DNA of 64,000 nucleotides from Squalus acanthias (lineage: Eukaryota), in the NCBI GenBank assembly GCA_030390025.1, contig JASTWF010000324.1:434001-498000 (forward strand), written 5' to 3'. The notes under the pieces were generated by a model. That model was not told the DNA's origin, did no database searches, and worked only from the letters and a program-made list of their open reading frames with translations. Position numbers and translations under genes: made by a program. Below, piece after piece: positions 10,501 to 18,855 of the stretch; the stretch's first letter is position 1, and each line of letters starts with the position of its first letter.

Positions 10501-12106
10501 CAAGTGGGTGGAAGCCTTCCCTTGTCGAACAGCTACGGCACTGGGTACAGCAAAAATCTTGGTCCGGGAAGTGTTCTCGCGGTGGGGACTCCCCCGTTTC
10601 GTGGAGTCAGACCAAGGGAGTCATTTCACCGGCCAGGTGATGCAGAACACCCTCATGCTTTTGGGCATTGAAGGGAAGTGGCACGTAGCACACAATCCCC
10701 AGTCATCCGGGATTGTTGAGCGTATGAACCGGACCCTGAAGGAGAAATTGAGGAAAGAGACTAGGAACTCGCCCCAAAAATGGGCGGAAGTTCTGCCTTT
10801 AGTCCTCATGGGGGTCCGGGCCAGTCAGTCAAAAAGTACGGGGTACTCCCCGCACGAGGTAATGACCGGCAGGCTCATGCGAACCCCCACCCATGTGCTA
10901 GCCCCGGTGCTCACTGAGGGTCAGCTTCAAGAGATCAGCAGGGACAAGTTCGCCCAAACTCTCTTGGAGCGCCTGAAGCAAGTTTATGAGCAGGCGGCTG
11001 GGAACATGGGAAGGCAGCATCAGGGCAATCGCTTGTTGCTGGAACCCCGCAAAACGCGGGAGTGGGAAGTAGGAGACCAGGTCATGGTCAGAAACTACGC
11101 CAGAGTAGGGAGTCTGGAACCACTGTATATGGGACCCTACAACATTGTAGACAAGGCAAGTCCCATGGTTTACGCCGTAAAAGTACCTCGGCGCACTAAG
11201 TGGTTCCACATAAACCAATGTAAACTGTACCAGCCGGGTGCGCAAGGGAAAACTACAGGGGTAAATCCCGCCAATGGGAAAACACAGCCCCAGGTAGGAC
11301 CACAAGGCACACAGGCAGGCGTAGCAGCTTGCATCAGGGGAAGGGACATCCCGGACGATCATGCAGCGTTTTTCTGGAGTTGGGGGTTAGATGACGAGGA
11401 CCCCAGGGTACCCTGGTCAGATGAGGATAGTGCAGATGAGCATAGTGATGATGACGGGTGGTTCCTGAGGAACGGTCTGGGAGGATTGGGGCCGATAGGT
11501 AGAGATCCATACGGGGTGGACACACAAGCTGCAGGTCCCGACAACAGGAGGGAGGAGCTAGAGGAGGCCGGGCCAGCCGCTATGTGGTTCCCAGAGGTGT
11601 GGCCGCCCGCTTTGAACGTCCAGTCCTCAGGGGAGGCAGAGTTCACGAGTGAAGGGCCGCCTGCTGGGCCGAGCAGGGCGGGGCCACGAACTGCCAGCCC
11701 CGAGGTTAGGGAGGCGGAGTCAGCGGAGGCGGAGCTGGCGACTGTGATGGAACCCCAGGTCATCCCGTTGGAGGTCTCGGAACCCGGTCCGTCCGTCACG
11801 GAGCCCCCGCCCATAGCAACTCCCCGTAGGTCAAGCAGAGTACCCCAGCCCAGGAGGATGTGGTCAGGTCCACAGACTGCCCCAAGGCGTAAGTTTCAGG
11901 TTAAGATAACCCGGGTAGAGACAGGCCACATCGCAGCAGTAACAGGCTGCGGCAGATCAGAGGAAAGGGTCAGCGCAGCAACAGGCTGCGGCAGATCAGA
12001 GGGAAGGGTCAGTGCCCTCCCACCGTCGGGAAGAGCTCGCAGCAGCCTTCTCAGATTTAAAGGGGCCGCCCTGAGAACGGGCGGCACTGTAAAGTTATTA
12101 GTTTAA
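7559..12106 (+). CDS. pol: Pol (protease, RT, degenerate tether RNase H, RNase H, integrase, long C-terminal tail), in frame with gag
   Basis: LLDTGAS (~7664); LPQGFHNSP and YVDD (8624-8635); IYVDGS..AELSA..SDS..GNRQAD RNase H; HHCC, D-D-E and GPY integrase motifs; no stop from 7559 to the end. Confidence 0.96.
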   Translation, partial: LEPAQPVYLCPLSYDAWRRPVVEMEVEKQKGSYLLDTGASCTIIHTDDPFDSPLSTKVPFTLAGFTGKEQAGTFSLPLSIRLGTLRLKWKCILMAWQKGGGRGILGSDLLAGHGILVDLRNHCLWGAKGEKGEVMVIQGEEETGVLCTVQPSGGYDLRLMVADVPTDMQTYVTDNMHAFATHKHDCGRVVGFEVSVDGDPMTRPQKQYNFPKEAEPDMEAAMSSLVQQGVLRPIATHVNSPLWPVRKPDNSWRATVDYRVLNSNIPACAPTVAAVADLIGSIPASATTFTVLDISNGFWSIPLRREDQYKFAFTFKGQQYTWNCLPQGFHNSPSIFHQCMAGSLKEFSQPNQIVQYVDDLLLFTDSREEHGPLLDELLELLARKGFKVNPKKARIGQQEVKFLGLTLRAGERAIDKARRESVQELPIPNNVRGVRSFLGLTGYCRDFIEDYAATAAPLLRLLHKGVEWLWDEGCQAAFEKLKRDLQTAPALGAIDGGKEFFLEVAASGDSLSAVLLQERHGKLRPVVYSSRVLTDVERSFSNCERHLLATHWAVKRSAIFTGLSPITLLTHHTPTKMLLDGRIKDGTVSSARIARWTLLLSQLDLRVKGLCEPRLAANLVYPGTAHRCSVEGVWDVNIGLRAGIHPTGREIYVDGSSTVSAGERLTGCGVYDPAADLALAIKLPSTMSAQQAELSAVVYVVTHPDIFPTPYTICSDSMFTCNSCTEYLAIWSRRGYTSADGRPLTVKPLLEKILAAAVGEEGEIFIHKVKAHSSTEPRGEGNRQADALAREGARDGTFWNPYRTGPIAAVRGGDGNTGNTRVALPLDLKTVQAQDPALKAVLKTIAEGRQVEGPYSTATLSVKEGMLFREEQWVVPQQHRREFLQLAHEGPGAGHPGPEVTWQRVEQAGWWPGLREQVREFCANCLVCAANNPDPQKRKVPMGHVRRVEGPWQSIQIDYIGPLPTTQGGYKYCLVLVDVFSKWVEAFPCRTATALGTAKILVREVFSRWGLPRFVESDQGSHFTGQVMQNTLMLLGIEGKWHVAHNPQSSGIVERMNRTLKEKLRKETRNSPQKWAEVLPLVLMGVRASQSKSTGYSPHEVMTGRLMRTPTHVLAPVLTEGQLQEISRDKFAQTLLERLKQVYEQAAGNMGRQHQGNRLLLEPRKTREWEVGDQVMVRNYARVGSLEPLYMGPYNIVDKASPMVYAVKVPRRTKWFHINQCKLYQPGAQGKTTGVNPANGKTQPQVGPQGTQAGVAACIRGRDIPDDHAAFFWSWGLDDEDPRVPWSDEDSADEHSDDDGWFLRNGLGGLGPIGRDPYGVDTQAAGPDNRREELEEAGPAAMWFPEVWPPALNVQSSGEAEFTSEGPPAGPSRAGPRTASPEVREAESAEAELATVMEPQVIPLEVSEPGPSVTEPPPIATPRRSSRVPQPRRMWSGPQTAPRRKFQVKITRVETGHIAAVTGCGRSEERVSAATGCGRSEGRVSALPPSGRARSSLLRFKGAALRTGGTVKLLV

Positions 12107-12350
12107 GGTTTTAAGTTTATAGTTCAAGGTTAAGTTTTAAGTTTATAGTTCAAGGTTAAGTTTTAAGTTTTAATAAGGTTAAGTTTGTAGTGTTTTTAAC
12201 AGATAACGATAAAATGATGGGAGTTTTAAGGCTAGGTTTAGAGGAAGTCTATTCAGCAAACGTTGAAGTTTACGTGAGGCGAGGTCAGGGGACCCGCTCA
12301 CCCTTCACAAAAGCCAGAGACTTTTTGCGAGGCTGGCTACCTCATTCTAT

Positions 12351-12361
12351 CTGATCACAGG
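12351..12361 (+). promoter_or_regulatory. Putative env splice acceptor (...TTCTATCTGATCACAG/G)
   Basis: CAG/G 13 nt upstream of the env ATG; identical in provirus 2. Confidence 0.5.
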
Positions 12362-12373
12362 AACCAAGGAAGG

Positions 12374-14725
12374 ATGGAACGACTTATAGTATTGCTCGTG
12401 GCAATCGGATGTGGATTGGCCTATCGAGGCCACACCAAGGATGTCGTGGTGTTTGGATGTTCCGGGGACACGGCCCCCATCGCGGTGGATGGGACCGGAA
12501 GACGGAAGGCAGAGGGGACCAGCACCTATTTCCACAAGGGAAGGTGGCCAGGATGGCTGGGAACGAACTCAACGGAGTATTCCAGCACATCGGGGTTCGC
12601 CTACAAAGAGACTTCTTTAATGTGCCCCAAAGTACGGATCATCGCACCCAGGATCAGCGTCACCGTCGGCAAACGGATTTGTTTGACCTGCAGTGGGGAT
12701 GTCCCATTGAGCCGATGGTGGTGGCTGCGAAAGCTGAGCAAAACTATGAGGAACTCTTCGGTTGAGTGGGAGCGACTGGGTAATAATACCCATCGGACAA
12801 TTACGGGGACAGATGGACAAGTGAAAGTCTGTTGGGACAAATGGTGGGAACCGGATGAGGGGATTTATGTTTGTATGTGGGGGTCAAAGTACGTTTGCCC
12901 CAAAGGCATCTCCATATTCTTTATTAACCAGTGGCAGGATAACGGACAGGGGATGAGGTGGGATGCGAGCACCAGGGGGTGCGGAGCCCCATACTCTCCG
13001 ATCCCAGTAAATGCCACTGAGCTCATTACGCGCCCACGCAAAGCCCCGCCCACGATTCCGGTAGTTCTAACTGAGGAAGAAGGGTGCCCTAAAACTAGTA
13101 AGGGACCCGGGAACGGTTTGGTACTGGTCCCCACAGACCAGATACTATTTCAGGGGGTACATTACGCGGTGGCCTCGGTGATTTTAAATCTCACTGAGGT
13201 ACGGTTACCAGAGTGGTGCCCCAAAAAGACGGAACAGTTGTACCAGGTCCTGTTGACCAAGATGTTCAGGCAATTTTACGAGTTTGATTTTGCAGAAATT
13301 GATAAGACAAGTTTGTACACCGCACCGCAGGAAGTTTTGGATCAAGTAGGGAGGCAAAGAAGGGGTTTGGTGAACGATGCGTTCACTGCTTTTAACACAG
13401 GGACATCTGTGGTCAACGCTCTAGACAGTGTGGAGCTGCAGACCCAGATTAATGGTTTAAAAACACAGTTAAAAGACATTCTAACAGATGAGAATAAAGT
13501 GGTAGGGTCGGGTCTGCACGAGGACCAAGCCATGACTCTCCATTTAAAGGAAATCATAGCAGAGCTGGAGAAACATGCGCGTACGGTAAATGCCCTGATT
13601 AGGGAAGATCGGAATGCATCCGATCAGGCTGCGCAGAACGAGGTGTGCGTGCTTTACGGGGCGTGGTTACTGGGCGAGGGCCGCAGTAATTTGGAGGATT
13701 TAAAACAAGGTTTGGTTCCGTCCTGGATAAGTAACAAACACCTGCGGGCGCTCCACCCTTTTCAGAACGCATTAAGTCCGTGCCAGCTCAGGCTAGCTTC
13801 AGAAGCTTACCCAGTCCCCGTGGACTGCGGACGTTCAAACCATACTATTATGGGAATAGTATTACGCATGCCGGTTTTGGGCAACACAGCAAAGCCCGCC
13901 CCGGTGTATCGGGTAGAGAACATTGGTGTCATTCAGGGGGGAGCCCACATTCGTTATGCAGCGGTTCCACCTTACGTCATCCGCTGGGAGCAAACGATGA
14001 CAGGTACAGATCTCTCTGGTTGTCGTGGCAGGGGAGCACACATAATACTGTGCCCCCAGCACTTGAATGCCTTTTTAACACCACAGTGCGGGTTCAGAAC
14101 GGCTGGCGCCAAGTCCATGAATTGCACCATGGAGGCAATGGCCCAAGATCATGTGCCTCCGCAGGTAGCATACATCGGGGGTGGAACATATTGTGTTACC
14201 ACTGCAGCGCAACACTACCAGCATGGAAACCGTAGCCGGTGTCCGGTGAGTGACAGCAGTTTCTGTTTTAAACCCAGGGCTGAAGTTCAAGTAGCACAAC
14301 AGCGAATTATCCCAATCCCTGAACCATCCACTGTTCATCTCACAGTAAAAGAGAATTTCACCGACTTGCAGCGATTTGTCGCGCATTTTGGATACCTCAT
14401 TCCCCCTCTCCCTGAGCATTTAACCAAACTTCTGAAAGCCGTCGCGGTGTCACAAAAGCATTTTTATACCTTAGAGCAGAAAACTGTCGAGATAGGTACA
14501 GACATTTTGGACATAGTGGTTCCACCGTGGTGGAATCTGTTCACGAATATTGAAGTGCCCTCATGGGTCAGAATAGCCTCCCACATTTTAGTCGTCTGTC
14601 AAGTGTTTATTGTAGTATACCTATTGTTCATACATTGTAAAAGAGACAAGCGCCTCACCAAGCATGAGAACACGGGAGAGTGGCGAGAACGTTACGTGCG
14701 CGTGCACGACGAGAGCGCAGTGTAA
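12374..14725 (+). CDS. env: Envelope glycoprotein, 783 aa, class I fusion-type
   Basis: Signal peptide MERLIVLLVAIGCGLA; furin site RQRR (~13352-13363) followed by fusion-peptide/heptad region; Cys-rich ectodomain; N-glycosylation sequons; TM helix near C-terminus. Confidence 0.93.
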   Translation: MERLIVLLVAIGCGLAYRGHTKDVVVFGCSGDTAPIAVDGTGRRKAEGTSTYFHKGRWPGWLGTNSTEYSSTSGFAYKETSLMCPKVRIIAPRISVTVGKRICLTCSGDVPLSRWWWLRKLSKTMRNSSVEWERLGNNTHRTITGTDGQVKVCWDKWWEPDEGIYVCMWGSKYVCPKGISIFFINQWQDNGQGMRWDASTRGCGAPYSPIPVNATELITRPRKAPPTIPVVLTEEEGCPKTSKGPGNGLVLVPTDQILFQGVHYAVASVILNLTEVRLPEWCPKKTEQLYQVLLTKMFRQFYEFDFAEIDKTSLYTAPQEVLDQVGRQRRGLVNDAFTAFNTGTSVVNALDSVELQTQINGLKTQLKDILTDENKVVGSGLHEDQAMTLHLKEIIAELEKHARTVNALIREDRNASDQAAQNEVCVLYGAWLLGEGRSNLEDLKQGLVPSWISNKHLRALHPFQNALSPCQLRLASEAYPVPVDCGRSNHTIMGIVLRMPVLGNTAKPAPVYRVENIGVIQGGAHIRYAAVPPYVIRWEQTMTGTDLSGCRGRGAHIILCPQHLNAFLTPQCGFRTAGAKSMNCTMEAMAQDHVPPQVAYIGGGTYCVTTAAQHYQHGNRSRCPVSDSSFCFKPRAEVQVAQQRIIPIPEPSTVHLTVKENFTDLQRFVAHFGYLIPPLPEHLTKLLKAVAVSQKHFYTLEQKTVEIGTDILDIVVPPWWNLFTNIEVPSWVRIASHILVVCQVFIVVYLLFIHCKRDKRLTKHENTGEWRERYVRVHDESAV

Positions 14726-15136
14726 TGGGAAAATGGCGTCACTCCCGCTCGCCACGTGCGCCGCGGAAGTTTGTACTCATTGTAAATACGTTGGAAACTC
14801 GACATGTTTAAGAGTTGGGATTTGTTTATTTTGGTGATGGTGTTGATTGTTTGGTTTTTGGGTTTTGTTTTTCCTTTCCCTGAATAAAAGACAAATATAC
14901 AGGTGATGCGTGAGGTATCGGCCTGGTTACGCCGGGAAGGAAAACAAGTGGTGTAAGTTTAAGGGCAAATGATGCCTATGGTGATATAAAATGTGATTTT
15001 CTTGGGAAATAAGGACGACACAGAGACCCTAGTTAAGTTAAAATTTATGGGATTAATTTACTGGATTCGGAGTGAAATCGAGATAAGATTGCTCACCACT
15101 GAGATTTTTGATACGATAAGCGGAGTTATTCGCATC

Positions 15137-15148
15137 AACAGGAGGGAC
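15137..15148 (+). promoter_or_regulatory. Polypurine tract (short)
   Basis: AACAGGAGGGAC immediately before the 3' LTR TG. Confidence 0.7.
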
Positions 15149-16806
15149 TGTAGAATTCGCAATTATCGCGATTTGATTAATAAGGAGAAAACACAAAGTT
15201 TCGTTCAAACAGCTTTTATTTCAGCGGAATGCTGTCAGGTTTAAATTGGACACAAGCAGCCTGTAAAATGGCCGCCGCACCTCGTGACAGAACATTCTAG
15301 ACTTTTCAACAGGCAGACAAGATGGCGTTCCAATAAACATTTTTGCAGGATCGATAACGATTCAGCACAGTGAAGACAATACACAGGACATTATGGGTTT
15401 ACAGTATAAACATCGATACTGGAATCGGTCTCCCAGGTACAAAGGAAAGCCATTAAGGGCCCATCCAAAGGACATTAATATGTAAACTCCCAACGGCTCT
15501 ACGATGAGAGAGCCGTTAGCAGGTAGTTATACAGGACACTTGGAAGCCCCAAACCCCTCCAGGGGGAACACCGACCGATTTAACAATGGGAGAAATATTA
15601 GCAGGTACTCAAACATTCATGAGTAGCCCCGAAACCCATTAAGGACGGAGATCACCCATACAGGACATTTTGGGCGCCAAACCTTAAACAAAAGAATGGA
15701 CATTGTAGTTGGGCGGGAAACGGAAGAACTGTGCACTATAATTGCAGGCCCAAACCGTCCATTCGCTCTCTTGCTCTTGACTCTTGCCTCGTGTTCTTGA
15801 CTCTTGCCGCTTGCTGCTGTTATCATCGTGGCTGCTCCTGTGTTTTATCCGGTCGATTCGTAACCTCGTGGCTGCTCCTGTGTAAAAGACTGTTGAACTT
15901 TCTGATCCGTTCGGATCTACCTCGTGTCGCGTAAAGAAGACCTATGTTGGTAGCTGGCAGCGGAACCAAAGGCCCGAGATGAGATGAGATGAGATGAGAG
16001 GAGAAGAGAAGAAGACCTTATCCATCGCCACGGTCAGTAAATCCCGACCGCGCCTGTAGGTCGATCAGCCAAGTCTTCTTGACAGGAAGTTTTCTTCTTT
16101 AACAAGATATTGCATCGATGATAACTGGACTGTGCAAACACATCGTATCAGTGATATTGACAACGGTGCTCCACCATACCTTGTAGCCAACCAACAGAGG
16201 TCTTCACTACAGCGGACGGTCCAGCCGACTGACCGAGCAGCAGAAGCAGTAAACAAGTGGGACCAGGAGATCTCCTGACCAACACGTGGGTGCTGCGGTG
16301 AAAAACATCCGATCAGCTATTCGGGATTTCTCCGAGTTATTACGAGTGGTGAGCATGAGTCTCGAGATCCTACGAAGCTAGTTTAGGATAGATATTGATA
16401 GGGGAGGGTTTAAAGATTAAGGATATTTGTAATGTGTGCCCTATTTACGTTGTGCCGTTCGTTCCTCGTTTCCCTAAGAGTGATTATAACCGTTTGTAAG
16501 ATTGTACTGTCATTAATCTGTGCATATGACATGTGTTTCATAATTTTAAGTATCATGCAATAAAGATTTTCCATTTCGTACCGTTCAAACCAAGTCTACA
16601 TGAGTTTTATCTCCATTACTGCTCTCGCATCTAAGTCCAGTGTCTAGAACCGTAAGGGAGAGTGATTCGAACCACTCACAGGGGTGTCTAGTGTTCCCAG
16701 ACTGGCTGGAGACCAGGCCTAGACCCGCACTGACATACAGGCTGCACAGAGCCGCGTGAATCTCACAGGCTACGAGACACGCAGGGTCAGGAGAGAATCC
16801 CTTACA
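15149..16806 (+). repeat. 3' LTR of provirus 1 (1658 bp)
   Basis: Direct repeat of 4084-5742. Confidence 0.97.
16559..16564 (+). terminator. Putative poly(A) signal AATAAA in the 3' LTR (5' copy at 5495-5500)
   Basis: Conserved in the provirus 2 LTR (TTTATT at 21981-21986). Confidence 0.65.
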
Positions 16807-16850
16807 AGAGGGAGCTTTACTCTGTATCTAACCCGTGCTGTATCTAACCC
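16807..16850 (+). repeat. 44-bp remnant of the 67-bp satellite between the two proviruses
   Basis: AGAGGGAGCTTTACTCTGTATCTAACCCGTGCTG plus a duplicated TATCTAACCC. Confidence 0.9.
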
Positions 16851-18579
16851 GATCTTGTGCCATTGCCTCCATGTTGCAATTCATGGGCTTGGCGCCAGCC
16901 GTTCTGAACCCGCACTGTGGTGATAAAAAGGCATTCAAGTGCTGGGGACACAGGATTATGTGTGCTCCCCTGCCACGACAACCAGAGAGATCTGTACCTG
17001 TCATCGTTTGCTCCCAGCGGATGACGTAAGGTGGAACCGTTGCATAGCGAATGTGGGCTCCCCCCTGAATGACACCAATGTTCTCTACCCGATACACCGG
17101 GGCGGGCTTTGCTGTGTCGCCCAAAACCGGCATACGTAAAACTACACCCATAATGGTATGATTTGACTGTCCGCAGTCCACGGGGATTGGGTATGCTTCT
17201 GAAGCTAGCTTGAGCTGGCACGGGCTTAATGCGTTCTGAAAAGGGTGGAGCGCCTGCAGATGTTTGTTACTTATCCAGGACGGGACCAAACCTTGTTTTA
17301 AATCCTCCAAATTACTGCGGCCCTCGCACAGTAACCACGCCCCGTAAAGCACGCACACCTCATTCTGCGCAGCTTGATCGGATGCATTCCGATCTTCCCT
17401 AATCAGGGCATTTACCGTTCTCGCATGCTTCTCCAGCTCTGCTATAATTTCCTTTAAGTGTAGCGTCATGGCCTGGTCCTCATGTAACCCAGACCCAACC
17501 ACCTTATTTTCATCTGTGAGAATGTTCTTCAATTGTGTTTTTAAGCCATTAATCTGGGTCTGCAGCTCCACGCTGTCTAGAGCGTTGACCACAGATGTAC
17601 CTGTGTTGAAAGCTGTGAACATGTCGTTCACAACATCCCTTCTTTGTCTCCCCACCTGACCCAAAACTTCATGTGGTGCGGTGTGCAAACTTGTTTTATC
17701 AATTTCCGCGAAATCGAACTCATAAAATTGCCTAAACATCTTGGTCAACAGGACCTGATATAACTGTTCCGTCTCTTTGGGGCACCACTCCGGCAACCGC
17801 ACCTCGGTGAGGTTTAAAATCACCGAGGCCACCGCATAATGTACCCCCTGAAATAGTATCTGGTCTGTAGGGACCAGTACCAAACCATTCCCGGGTCCCT
17901 TCCTGGTTTTTGGGCACCCTTCTTCCTTAGCTAGAACCACCGGAATTGTGGGCGGGGCCTTGCGTGGGCGCGTAATGAGTTCAGTGGCGTTTACTGGGAT
18001 TGGAGAGTATGGGGCCCCGCACCCCCTGGTGCTTGCATCCCACCTCATCCCTTTCCCATTATCCTGCCACTGATTGATGAAAAATATGGAGATGCCTTTG
18101 GGGCAAATGTGCTTTGACCCCCACATACATACATAGATTTCCTCATCCGGTTCCCACCATTTGTCCCAACAGACTCTCAATTGTCCGTTAGTCCCCGTAA
18201 TTGTCCGATGCGTATTATTACCCAGTCGCTCCCACTCGACCGAAGAGTTCCTCATGTTTTTGCTCAGCTTTCGTAGCCACCACCATCGGCTCAATGGCAC
18301 TCTGGGTGCGATGATCCTCACTTTGGGGCACATTAAAGAAGTCTCTTTGTAGGCAAATCCCGATGTACAGGAATATTCAGTTGAATTCGTTCCCAGCCAT
18401 CCTGGCCACCTTCCTTTGTGGAAATAAGTGGCGGTCTCCTCAGCCTCTCGCCTTCCGGTCCCATCCACCGCGATGGGGGCCGTGTCCCCGGAGCATCCAA
18501 ACACCACGACATCCTTTGTGCGGCCTCGATAGGCCAGTCCACATCCGATTGCCGCGAGCACTACCAGAATCCGTTCCAT
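16828..18579 (-). pseudogene. env: Truncated env (583 aa from the homologous Met); lacks TM and has a 16-aa in-frame deletion
   Basis: Near-identical protein to 12374-14725 up to MAQD, then runs into satellite and stops. Confidence 0.9.
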
Positions 18580-18855
18580 CCTTCCTTGGTTCCTGTGATC
18601 AGATAGAATGAGGTAGCCAGCCTCCCAAGAGTCTCTGGCTTTTGTGAAGGGTGAGCGGGTCCCCTGACCTCGCCTCACGTAAGAAGACATGTGCACTGGA
18701 TAGACTTTAACTATTCCTATCTCTAACTCCCATCATTTTACCATTTTCCTTATTAAAATTTTAACTATCAAACTTCAAACTTAAAACTTATAAACTATAA
18801 AACTTATCACTTATCTTATAACTGTACAGCGCCGCCCGTTCCCAGGGCGGCCTAC

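Larger units (their letters stand above)
4084..16806 (+). mobile_element. Full-length endogenous retrovirus-like provirus 1 (LTR-gag-pol-env-LTR), lokiretrovirus-like
   Basis: Paired LTRs TGTA...TACA, AGAG TSD at 4080-4083 and 16807-16810, PBS, PPT, three open ORFs. Confidence 0.96.

Noticed and set aside
11359..11814. Antisense ORF with a counterpart in provirus 2 (18980-19537)
   Set aside because: Explained as the shadow of a conserved GC-rich sense frame; start and stop positions differ
15090..15100. 11-nt complement (TGCTCACCACT) of the putative LTR splice donor region 5281-5291
   Set aside because: An 11-mer match is expected by chance within a 12.7-kb element; no second copy available to test conservation
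18580..18696. 39-aa N-terminal extension of provirus 2 env in the ORF track
   Set aside because: Out of frame in provirus 1 and overlaps the putative splice acceptor; the homologous Met at 18579 precedes the signal peptide
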